Positions 20,871 to 28,643 of a DNA stretch of 64,000 bases are shown piece after piece. The notes under the pieces are model-generated. The model did not search any database. It was not told the DNA's origin and saw only the letters and a list, made by a program, of their open reading frames with translations. The DNA is from a bacterium. GTDB lineage: Bacteria > Patescibacteriota > Minisyncoccia > Phycocordibacterales > UBA9973. Position numbers and translations under genes: made by a program. Positions within the stretch are counted from its first letter, which is position 1. Every line of letters begins with the position of its first letter. The DNA lies in assembly GCA_037200905.1 (NCBI GenBank), contig JBBCGN010000004.1, positions 4,038 to 68,037 on the forward strand, read 5' to 3'.

Positions 20871-20956
20871 TCCAACCCTCACAGAGGACTGCATTTTCAA
20901 CAGGCCCGTGGCGCCTAAGAAAACGGGAGCGTCGTACCACAATCCCAGCTCGTAAA
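20871..20956 (+). repeat. Direct repeat copy A (86 nt), ends in the AATCCCAGCTCGTAAA core
   Basis: Aligns to 21307-21390 with 10 mismatches and one 2-nt indel. Confidence 0.9.
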
Positions 20957-21261
20957 ATAAAAAGCCCGGATATAAAAATCCAGGCTTCAATAAAAAACTA
21001 CCTTGCTTTAGGGTTACGAGAGTCGTCAGCTTTTTTCACTTTAGGTGATTATTACTAGAATCTCGCAGATTCGCCACGCGTTTTTTCTTGTGACTACTTA
21101 GGATATTTCTCAGTTATCTATCATGAGTTTAAAGCGGCATAGCCACAACAGAAACTTAATAGAAGTCCTTACAACCCTGGTCAAATAAGCACCAGTTTAC
21201 CCTTTTCCCCTTTACTATAGTTAGGGGAATCGCGATTGCTTTCTTGCAAAGTGCACTGCCT
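20955..21261 (-). ncRNA. Candidate noncoding RNA (about 307 nt), class unknown
   Basis: Minus-strand TTGACA (21296-21291), 17 nt, TAGTAT (21273-21268). Terminator hairpin AAGCCTGGA/TCCGGGCTT (20987-20962) followed by a U-tract. Longest ORF inside is under 15 codons. Confidence 0.45.
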
Positions 21262-21306
21262 GAGGTAATACTAAAAAATTAGAACAGTTTTGTCAATGAC
21301 TAAGGG

Positions 21307-21390
21307 TCCAACCCTCACAGAGGACTGCGTTTTCAACAAGCCTGCAGCCTAAGGAAATGGGAGCATCGTTCCACAATCCCAGCTGGTAAA
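21307..21390 (+). repeat. Direct repeat copy B (84 nt), ends in AATCCCAGCTGGTAAA
   Basis: About 86 percent identical to copy A. Lies just upstream of the candidate ncRNA -35 on one side and the next gene's TGcTATAAT on the other. Confidence 0.9.
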
Positions 21391-21408
21391 GTTTGCTATA
21401 ATGCTTCA

Positions 21409-21959
21409 ATGTTTGATGCACGGATATTCCCAGATAGTCTAGATAATGCAAAGAAATTCTTGAAGGACAAGGAGCTGCCTTTAAAGGTGAATACGAAATT
21501 CATGATTATATATTTTCTTCTACAGATTCAGAACAAACCTTAGATAAAGTATTTTTACGCCTACGTATGATTCCTGTGAATATTTGGAATGAGAAGAAAG
21601 TAATCGTTACAATAAAAAATACTAAACTTCAGAAAATAGGCAAGAAATCCATTATTCCTGTTAAAGAACAATTTAATACTGAAGCAGAGGCACGAGCGTT
21701 TATAGAAAAAAATTATTCTGATGCCTTCAAACCGGATTTCCATTTTGACAGAAAAGGCTGGCAATATGATTTACCTAATGGTGATCAGGTTGACCTCGAA
21801 GATATTGAGGCGCATTTCTCTATTGAGTTTAAATCTGAGACAGAAGAAGGATTGCAGAACTTGCTGGATCTATTTCAGACCTCTTCGAAGGAAGTTATCA
21901 GAGGACCTTCTGTAGTTGCGGTTAGGGACTTGCTCAAAAAGTGGAGTTGGATTAAGTAA
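21409..21959 (+). CDS. CYTH-like (class IV adenylate cyclase / triphosphatase fold) protein, one frameshift
   Basis: Joined read MFDARIFPDSLDNAKKFLKDKGAAFKGEYEIHDYIF...LRLR...VIVTIK...FHFDRKGWQYDLPNGDQVDLEDIEAHFSIEFKSE follows the CYTH strand pattern. Slip near 21470. The N-terminal ExExK motif is not conserved. Confidence 0.4.
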
Positions 21960-21963
21960 AAAT

Positions 21964-21990
21964 GTTCCAACGTCAATCCCAGCTCGTGAA
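21964..21990 (+). repeat. Collapsed repeat copy C (5' GTTCCAAC fused to 3' AATCCCAGCTCGTGAA)
   Basis: GTTCCAACGTCAATCCCAGCTCGTGAA retains both ends of the 86-nt unit without its middle. Confidence 0.7.
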
Positions 21991-22043
21991 TTTAGCCTCA
22001 TTTGATATAATCAATTCTATTATAGGTCTAAATAAATAACTTT

Positions 22044-22424
22044 ATGAAAAATCAAATAGAAAAATATGTCGATGGGTATGTACTGGTGGTTCCAAAGAAT
22101 AAAATTTCAGCTTACAAGAAAATGGCGCAGATGGGCGCCAAGATGTGGAAAAAACACGGAGCGCTTGATTATAAAGAATGCATGATTGATGATGCTACGC
22201 CGAAGCATTCAACTTTTCCATTTCCAAAAATGGTAAAACTGAAAAAGGGGGAGACAGTCTGGTTCTCTTTCATCACATATAAATCAAGAAAGCATCGTGA
22301 TGAGGTAAACAAGAAAGTCATGAGCGATCCCGCAATGAATGATCCCAAATGGAAAGACATGCCTATGCCTTTCGACATGAAACGTTTCGCGTACGGTGGA
22401 TTTGAAGTTGTTGTCTCAATATAG
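22044..22424 (+). CDS. DUF1428-family protein (126 aa)
   Basis: YVDGYVLVVPKNKISAYKKMA...MWKKHGALDYKEC...FAYGGFEVVV matches my memory of DUF1428 (YbaA-like). Confidence 0.6.
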   Translation: MKNQIEKYVDGYVLVVPKNKISAYKKMAQMGAKMWKKHGALDYKECMIDDATPKHSTFPFPKMVKLKKGETVWFSFITYKSRKHRDEVNKKVMSDPAMNDPKWKDMPMPFDMKRFAYGGFEVVVSI

Positions 22425-22440
22425 GTCCCAGCTTCGTACC
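22424..22440 (+). repeat. Core copy D (GGTCCCAGCTTCGTACC)
   Basis: Overlaps the last base of the DUF1428 stop codon (22422-22424). Has one extra T relative to the core. Confidence 0.6.
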
Positions 22441-22473
22441 AGGCATCCGGCAAATTCTGATATACTTCAAGTC

Positions 22474-22950
22474 ATGAAAAAGCGGTTATTCTTTTCATGT
22501 ATTTTCATCGTCTATATCGCCATCCTCATCAAGGTCATGGTGTTCAAGTACGTGCCGGCCGTCCATATAGGACAACTGCTGCTTGATTTTGGAGGGACGA
22601 ACGCAGGCTATCCGGCAAACTTTGTGCCGTTCAAGACCATCGTGCCGTATCTGCTCGGCTATGAGGGATGGATCATTGCGGGCACCAATCTCGTCGGAAA
22701 TATCGCTTTGCTCGTGCCGATAGGATTTCTCGCACCTTTCATCTATCGGAACATGGTATGGAAAAAATCTCTTGCACTCGGCGTCGCTTCCGGTCTTTTT
22801 ATCGAGACGATGCAGGCGATATTGCACGTGGGCATTTTCGACATTGACGACGTGATACTGAACGCACTCGGCGTCATGATCGGCTATTGGGCGTTTGTAT
22901 TTCTCGCAAAAGGGAAACGCTGGCAGTCGGCCTTGAGAGTCAATGAATAG
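22474..22950 (+). CDS. VanZ-like membrane protein (158 aa)
   Basis: NFVPFKTI, GNIALLVPIGFLAPF, IFDIDDVILNALGVMIGYW. ATG lies 8 nt after TGaTATACT (22458-22466). Confidence 0.7.
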   Translation: MKKRLFFSCIFIVYIAILIKVMVFKYVPAVHIGQLLLDFGGTNAGYPANFVPFKTIVPYLLGYEGWIIAGTNLVGNIALLVPIGFLAPFIYRNMVWKKSLALGVASGLFIETMQAILHVGIFDIDDVILNALGVMIGYWAFVFLAKGKRWQSALRVNE

Positions 22951-22969
22951 GAGATACAATTTTTAAAAT

Positions 22970-23002
22970 AAAAACACTAGGACGCATTTGTCCTAGTGTT
23001 GA
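22970..23002. terminator. Hairpin terminator between convergent genes
   Basis: ACACTAGGAC-gcattt-GTCCTAGTGT with an A-run upstream. Confidence 0.55.
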
Positions 23003-23020
23003 TAATTTCTGGGAGAGCAT

Positions 23021-23997
23021 TCAGCTCAACGGATCTCCGTCATACTGTTTTTCTTTTACCCTTTGTTTCAAAGGAAAAGATTGCTCGATAGCTTCACCGA
23101 TGCTAAAGAGCGTGAGCCTGGCATTAGCATCTTCCTCCTCGTGCAACTCGGAATGCCTGACGATTTCCGCTACGGGCAATTTCTGCTTGCGGATGAAATC
23201 GAGATGTTCTTGTTCGTGTGGTTCGTGTCGGATATTGTTCACGACGTAGCCTGCCGCACGGGCATCGAATTTCTCGATAATCTTACGGACTTCGAAGGAT
23301 TGGCTTACCGGGCTGCGCTCCGGAGTGGTGACAAGGATGTACCTCGCTCTTTGAGCAGGTCGACTACGTTGCGGATGCGATGGGTGTAATATTCAATCGT
23401 CTGCACATAGTCGCTTTCGAGATACTGATGGATATCCGGCCATCCGATGCGTACTGCCTGCTTGATGGCCCAGCTTTTGTTCTTGAGATTGTTCAGGCTC
23501 CGAATCATAGAATCGGAGAAAGAAAGCAGTCTCTCAAAGCCTGCGGTTGGTTCGACGTCGAGCACCGCATGTTCATAGCCCTTACTGTTGGCATCAAACA
23601 GTATCTCTACCAGGAGAATGAACTTCTGAACCGTCTCAATGTCAGTCGGCACGCCGAAGAATTCGTTTATCATTTCAGTGAAAGAAATGATGCCGCGATC
23701 TGCAGGGAACTGGCTGATGTAGTCGTCAAAATAATTTTTGACCTTCACGTCCTTGAAATAGCCAATACCCTTAAACTCAAAGCATTCGATAACGGCAAGC
23801 ATAAGCCTGTCGTTGACCTGATGCAACGTGTTTTTCGTAAAAAATTTCTCCCTCATACCCAGAGCCTGTCTGGTGCTGTGCCCTCCATCATAATCGGCGA
23901 TGACGGTGCGCGCGGTTTGGGAACATTTGAGCGCGTACGCTACTGCAGAAGTGGTCTTACCAACTCCTCCTTTGCCAGCGAAGATTGTTAATTGCAT
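23021..23997 (-). CDS. ArsA/Get3-family P-loop ATPase, one frameshift
   Basis: Deviant Walker A IFAGKGGVGKTT, switch II LDVEPTAGFERLL, and RYILVTTPE recovered after a slip near 23335. TTGACA-17-TAATTT promoter at about 24032-24060 (minus). Confidence 0.65.
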
Positions 23998-24302
23998 AGA
24001 ACAAAAGTTTTCCTTTAAATTACATCTTAATCAATTGTCTGTCAAGGAGTACCATCCCGGCTTCAGGCCAAAAAATCGGGCAAAGAAAAACAGCTCCATT
24101 CGTGGAGCTGTTCGATGTAAAGGCATCTTGAGCATCTATAGGGCGAACCTTTTCGATATCCAGCCCGTAAAATCTGCTATACTACCGCTCAAGTCCGGCG
24201 ATGGGGAAATGCATTTCAAGAAATAGCAGGTGTACTCTCAGGGGGCAGAATAAAAAAACCATTTCCTTGGGAATGGTTTTGATGTTTTTTCGCTTTCGGA
24301 CC

Positions 24303-24563
24303 TTACCTTACGCAGCAGATGATTGTCAGTATGACGCTGATGGTCAAGAATATGAAGAACATCCTTGCTCTGCCGCTTGCTTCTTCAGCACGTTCTTTCT
24401 TGTAGCGCTTCACGCCTTTTTTGCTGACAAGACCAGCTGTCTTTACATTTCCGTCCCTGTAATCATAGACGTCTTTGTAATAACTCGGTCTTGGCTCAAC
24501 GTATGAGGGCATAGCAAGCATGGCGATGGCGATGATCCAGCAAATAACAGTAATAACTATCAT
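24303..24563 (-). CDS. Small two-TM protein (86 aa), unassigned
   Basis: TM helices at both ends. Followed by hairpin AACCATTCC/GGAAATGGTT plus a U-tract (24258-24290). Confidence 0.4.
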   Translation of the reverse strand: MIVITVICWIIAIAMLAMPSYVEPRPSYYKDVYDYRDGNVKTAGLVSKKGVKRYKKERAEEASGRARMFFIFLTISVILTIICCVR

Positions 24564-24791
24564 GGTATGTATTTTTTTGTTTAAGAACAGACTTCTAGCA
24601 GGTCTTTTCCGTATTGGTTGGTTTTAGCAGCTAGAATGCTTATCTGGTATATAGTATACCATATTGTAGTATAAAAGTCAAATAAAGCTACTGTGCGGCC
24701 TATGAGGCTTGTATGATAAGCTTCTTCTGGCGCCTCATAAAGCCGGACGGAGAAAGAAAGCTCTCTTGCCAGATTTTGCTATACTGAGAGC

Positions 24792-25184
24792 ATGCATACC
24801 AACAAGAAATTGATCATCTGCGTCGTTATCAGCCTCCTCGTCGGCTTGAGCCTCGGTTTTTGCGTCGGGAAAAATAAAAATAGCCGGAGCGCGAACGTGC
24901 ATACGATGCCCGACGGCACGGTCATGAGCAACGAGCTCGAGACGGGCATCGACCATGCCATGGAGTCAATGAGCGCCGGACTGAGAGGCAAGACGGGAAA
25001 TGCCTTCGACAAGGAATTCCTGAGCGAAATGATAGTGCATCACCAGGGAGCGGTAGACATGGCTCAGATGGTGCTCAAGACGTCAAAGCGGCCGGAGCTG
25101 CTCGAGCTCGCCCGCGACATCATCTCGGCCCAGACAGGAGAAATCAAAATGATGCAGGAATGGCAGAAGGCCTGGTTCAAGTGA
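24792..25184 (+). CDS. DUF305-family protein (130 aa)
   Basis: N-terminal anchor, then FDKEFLSEMIVHHQGAVDMAQ and LARDIISAQTGEIKMMQEW. Confidence 0.7.
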   Translation: MHTNKKLIICVVISLLVGLSLGFCVGKNKNSRSANVHTMPDGTVMSNELETGIDHAMESMSAGLRGKTGNAFDKEFLSEMIVHHQGAVDMAQMVLKTSKRPELLELARDIISAQTGEIKMMQEWQKAWFK

Positions 25185-25218
25185 CATATCAGACCTGCCT
25201 GGCTCCGGCCGGCAAGAT

Positions 25219-25470
25219 TCAGCGGTGCATGCATCCCGCCCAGCAGCACGGCCGGCGCATGCCGCTTTTCATCTTCGAGAGAGCTTTCTCGATGCGGATA
25301 TTCCGGGTCTCGGCGCGCTTTCCGGAAATGACCCAGCAGATCCACTCGTTGCGGGCGAGCGGAGTGATGTCCTGCCACAGGGCAAGGACTTTCGGGTCGG
25401 ACATGGTGGCTTTCTTGAAATCATCCGGCAGCTTGTGCACCGTGCCGCCAGGAATTGCTTTTGTAGTCAT
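25219..25470 (-). CDS. YdeI/OmdA-like small protein (83 aa)
   Basis: WQDITPLARNEWICWVISGKRAETRNIRIEKALSKM resembles the YdeI/OmpD-associated C-terminal domain. Confidence 0.55.
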   Translation of the reverse strand: MTTKAIPGGTVHKLPDDFKKATMSDPKVLALWQDITPLARNEWICWVISGKRAETRNIRIEKALSKMKSGMRRPCCWAGCMHR

Positions 25471-25518
25471 AAGACTATCCTATCAAAAAATCTGAAATTA
25501 TGTGCTACAGTACATCAT

Positions 25519-25992
25519 ATGAAATCCCGAAGCATCGCACTCGTTATAATAACCACACTGGCAGTCATAGTGACAGGCTTTTATGTACTCTCGCCGCGGC
25601 AAATCCCGCCAGCTGAAGTTGCAGGTGACACACAGAATACTGAGCCGCCGATTTTTACCTGGAAATATGAACAAGCCGAAACACTCAACCCTGACGGCAT
25701 TCCCGAGACCAATGTTTTTCTGCAAGCCGCATATCCGGACAGGGAAACGCAGACGAAACTGATCGATACCACGCCCGGCAGCTGCAATGAGCTGCCTGAT
25801 GCTGACGCAGATACTTATGAAGGCACGAAAAACATACAATGCTACAGCGCAGGGCTCGGCTACCGCTATAAGATAATCGAAGGGAAAAAATCATACCTCG
25901 TAGAACGGCAGATGTTCGAGGAAGGCACACCCGATTACGATCCTCCCGCTCAAAAATACGAAGTACTAAAGGAATTTCTTCTCTCGAACTGA
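25519..25992 (+). CDS. N-terminally anchored exported protein (157 aa), unassigned
   Basis: MKSRSIALVIITTLAVIVTGFYVL anchor. No family recognised. Confidence 0.45.
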   Translation: MKSRSIALVIITTLAVIVTGFYVLSPRQIPPAEVAGDTQNTEPPIFTWKYEQAETLNPDGIPETNVFLQAAYPDRETQTKLIDTTPGSCNELPDADADTYEGTKNIQCYSAGLGYRYKIIEGKKSYLVERQMFEEGTPDYDPPAQKYEVLKEFLLSN

Positions 25993-26017
25993 TGCTTGGA
26001 AGTATTTGTGTTAAAAT

Positions 26018-26731
26018 ATGGGCATGAAAAAAATAACAGGCATCCTGTTCGTAGTCGGCGCCGTGATCGTGAATATCCCGTACGCGATGCTCATCGCCAA
26101 TTTCAATTATCCGGATATCCTGCGGGAGCCCGCGGAGGTCGTGCTGACTAATTTCGCCAACGGCGGCAGCGGCCTGATCTATACCTGGCTCTTCTTCGCC
26201 CTCGCAGGATTGCCGCTTCTTTTTGCCACCATACTGCTCGGCAGGGTATGGAAGAATGTTCCGAGCGTGCTCGTGAACCTCGCAGCATCGTTCGGGGTGA
26301 TCGCCCTCGTGGCCCAGCTCGTGGGCCTCTTGCGCTGGGTCTTCGTCGTGCCGATACTGGCGCAGAATTATGTCGCGGAGAGCTCCGGCGAAGCCGTGCG
26401 AACCGCCTCGACGGTAGCCTTCCAGACGGTGAACCAATTCGGCGGCGTGCTGGTGGGGGAATACGTCGGACAGCTTTTCAGCATCCTCTCCATGCTCCTT
26501 TTCAGCATCCTGATCTTCCGCAAGAAGCTCCTGCCTCCGTGGATCGCCTGGCTCGGCTTCGTAGCATCGGCTGTATACATCTTCTCGCAGACGGAACTTT
26601 TCCACACTGTCATCCCGACATTCCCGGTTATAGATATCGCCGGCTTCCTCGGCAGCGTGCTGTGGATCGTCTGGTTCATCGCGCTCGGAATATCGCTCAT
26701 CATGCAGGAACGTTCTCCGGAGAACGCATAG
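26018..26731 (+). CDS. DUF4386-like membrane protein (237 aa)
   Basis: Polytopic. ITGILFVVGAVIVNIPYAMLIANFNYPDILREPAEVVL resembles DUF4386. Confidence 0.5.
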   Translation: MGMKKITGILFVVGAVIVNIPYAMLIANFNYPDILREPAEVVLTNFANGGSGLIYTWLFFALAGLPLLFATILLGRVWKNVPSVLVNLAASFGVIALVAQLVGLLRWVFVVPILAQNYVAESSGEAVRTASTVAFQTVNQFGGVLVGEYVGQLFSILSMLLFSILIFRKKLLPPWIAWLGFVASAVYIFSQTELFHTVIPTFPVIDIAGFLGSVLWIVWFIALGISLIMQERSPENA

Positions 26732-26752
26732 CCAGTCTCCCTACAAGTAGAA

Positions 26753-26780
26753 TTGACAAATCTATAAATCCTGATATAAT
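26753..26780 (+). promoter_or_regulatory. Consensus sigma70 promoter
   Basis: TTGACA (26753-26758), 16 nt, TATAAT (26775-26780). Confidence 0.7.
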
Positions 26781-26812
26781 CTTTAGAAATTTTTCACTTA
26801 AAAATTTAATAC

Positions 26813-27151
26813 ATGGAACAAGGCAATCCTGAACAGCGGAACATCCGCGTCAAACTGCGATCAGACGAGTCCATGATGCTCCGGCTGGGCTATGCCCAGA
26901 ACATGCTGAAATCGAAAGCAGATGCGTTTCTTTTCAAGACAACGCTCATCAAGCCGTTCCTCCCGCATGCTGGCCAGGAAATCACGGTCGGGGAATTCGA
27001 CACATTGGCTGACAAAGCTATCATAGAAGGGAAAAAGCTCGTGCCTGGCAAGAATGACGCAGTCAAAGAGCTCCTCTTGAAGCAGCAACTCTTGGTGGCG
27101 CTCGTAATCACGGCAGATGTCGAGACAGCGACACTGGCATTATGGAAGTAA
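26813..27151 (+). CDS. Unassigned protein (112 aa)
   Basis: ORF behind the consensus promoter and before a strong terminator. The N-terminus RNIRVKLRSDESMMLRLGYA is faintly ribbon-helix-helix-like. Confidence 0.45.
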   Translation: MEQGNPEQRNIRVKLRSDESMMLRLGYAQNMLKSKADAFLFKTTLIKPFLPHAGQEITVGEFDTLADKAIIEGKKLVPGKNDAVKELLLKQQLLVALVITADVETATLALWK

Positions 27152-27159
27152 AAGATCAA

Positions 27160-27193
27160 ACACCGTACATGATATCTATGTACGGTGTTTTTA
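27160..27193. terminator. Bidirectional rho-independent terminator
   Basis: ACACCGTACAT-gatatct-ATGTACGGTGT followed by TTTTT. Confidence 0.8.
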
Positions 27194-27210
27194 TATGTCG
27201 GCTCGTTATG

Positions 27211-27414
27211 CTATTTCTGGTATTCGAGAATATCTCCCGGCTGGCAGTCGAGAGCTCTGCATATGGCGTCGAGCGTCGACAGGCGCACGGCTTTGGCTTT
27301 GCCGTTTTTTAAAATGGAAAGATTTGCCATGGTAATGCCGACTTTATTGGTGAGTTCTGTGAGATTCATCTTGCGCTTGGCGAGCATGACGTCGATGTTG
27401 ATGATGATAGACAT
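27211..27414 (-). CDS. XRE/YozG-type HTH transcriptional regulator (67 aa)
   Basis: INIDVMLAKRKMNLTELTNKVGITMANLSILKNGKAKAVRLSTLDAICRALDCQPGDILEY. Confidence 0.8.
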   Translation of the reverse strand: MSIIINIDVMLAKRKMNLTELTNKVGITMANLSILKNGKAKAVRLSTLDAICRALDCQPGDILEYQK

Positions 27415-27423
27415 AAGTATGTA

Positions 27424-27918
27424 TTAGACAGTTAAATCGTTCTCAGCTTTTAAATCCATGGCGCTCTGCACGAGCTTTTGCAGCAAGGCGGAGAGTACCG
27501 CTATCACGAGCGGGGCGCCGACAAGCACCAGCCCCATAAGCATGACGCCAGGAGCATCTTCCGACTCTGCGAATCTCATAAATAATGGCAAGCTCAAGAA
27601 ATATATGCCGCTGATAACATAGGCGCAGATTTTTATATTTTTCAGCGCTTTGATGGAAAATTCTGAAAAAGCTTTTTTCTGATCAATATACAGGAGAATC
27701 TTGAAAGCCTGATACAGAGCGACCATGAATGGGATAACGGTTATGTACATCGCGATGAGAAGGGGGTGCGCAAGAAGGGTGGTAGGGTGCCCTTCGTCCA
27801 GAGCATCACCAAATGTGACCGCATATGCCAAAAAGCACACGCCAAGCACGAGCAGGGCCAAGACGAATACTGCGATTTTTAAAAACAATGTTGATGATTT
27901 TTTCATATAGATAATCAT
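27424..27918 (-). CDS. DUF2975-like membrane protein (164 aa), usual partner of the YozG-type regulator
   Basis: Four TM helices. Lies directly upstream of the HTH gene on the same strand. Confidence 0.55.
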   Translation of the reverse strand: MIIYMKKSSTLFLKIAVFVLALLVLGVCFLAYAVTFGDALDEGHPTTLLAHPLLIAMYITVIPFMVALYQAFKILLYIDQKKAFSEFSIKALKNIKICAYVISGIYFLSLPLFMRFAESEDAPGVMLMGLVLVGAPLVIAVLSALLQKLVQSAMDLKAENDLTV

Positions 27919-28109
27919 AACAAGTATTTATCGTTTTGCAATATATTTTTATTGTTACACTATAAAAGTGGCAAGCTGTCAAAATAAAAGACTTTCATCG
28001 TGAAGGACCGTACTAGCGGAGAACTGTAACGGAACGCTCTATCCGCCGTCACCGTATATATGCGCTGCAGGAGCAGGGCATGCATTTTATCAGCTAACTA
28101 TTTAAAATT

Positions 28110-28514
28110 ATGAAACATATAACGGCAAAAATAGCGGGGCTGATGGTGCTCGCGGCGATCATCATCTTGGCTCCGAAAGCTCACGCGGCGGATGTGATAG
28201 TCAATAAGTATACATATCCGACCAATACGACTCCGCCGAATCCTTCGACCGCAGGAGGCGATGTCACTGTGAATCACTACGGTCCCACTACCGCTCCGCC
28301 CCCTCAGTCCGCGGGAGGCGGCACCGTCGTCGTACAATACGGTCCGATCACTCCGACAGCTCCCCAGTCTACAGGCAGTACGACTATAACTCAGTATGGT
28401 TCAAGTACAGGCTCAATTCCTCAGTCGACCGCTACTACCAACATAAATCAGTATGGCTCGACCCCCGCTCCAGTTCCTCAGTCAACCGGCAGCACAGCGG
28501 TCAACTACTACTAA
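28110..28514 (+). CDS. Secreted repeat protein (134 aa)
   Basis: Signal peptide ending KAHA-AD, then about six imperfect repeats of roughly 20 aa ending QYG(P/S)...PQS(T/A)G. Confidence 0.55.
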   Translation: MKHITAKIAGLMVLAAIIILAPKAHAADVIVNKYTYPTNTTPPNPSTAGGDVTVNHYGPTTAPPPQSAGGGTVVVQYGPITPTAPQSTGSTTITQYGSSTGSIPQSTATTNINQYGSTPAPVPQSTGSTAVNYY

Positions 28515-28643
28515 TACAGTCTCAATGCTCATAAAAAATGGCTGCCCGATGGCAGCCATTTAGGAAGTCCTATCCACAGAACTGGGTTACTCCGCGCCTC
28601 TTTTCCGATATAATGAAAACCGTATTCCCAATATATCTTTTTT

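Noticed and set aside
20955-21261. Candidate ncRNA as RNase P RNA, tmRNA, SRP RNA or 6S RNA
   Set aside because: It lacks a GAGGAAAGUCC / ACAGAA..GGCUUA P4 pair in the right order. It has no tRNA-like 3' end or tag ORF, and no GGAAGCAGCCA SRP motif. The class is left open.
20871-21390. The 86/84-nt repeats as a DGR template/variable repeat pair or as integron attC sites
   Set aside because: Mismatches between the copies are not adenine-specific, and no reverse transcriptase is nearby. The ends do not fit the RYYYAAC...GTTRRRY attC pattern, and no intI-like gene is present.
20941-21990. AATCCCAGCTCGT core copies as fragments of a tRNA 3' half
   Set aside because: Upstream sequence cannot form a T-arm (no TTCRANY loop with a paired stem). 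Only the 7-nt core is shared with tRNA-Gln.
28200-28500. Periodic DNA repeats as a possible CRISPR array
   Set aside because: The periodicity is an in-frame, degenerate protein repeat (QYG...PQS) inside a signal-peptide-bearing ORF. There are no identical direct repeats with unique spacers. No CRISPR-like array was seen anywhere in the window.
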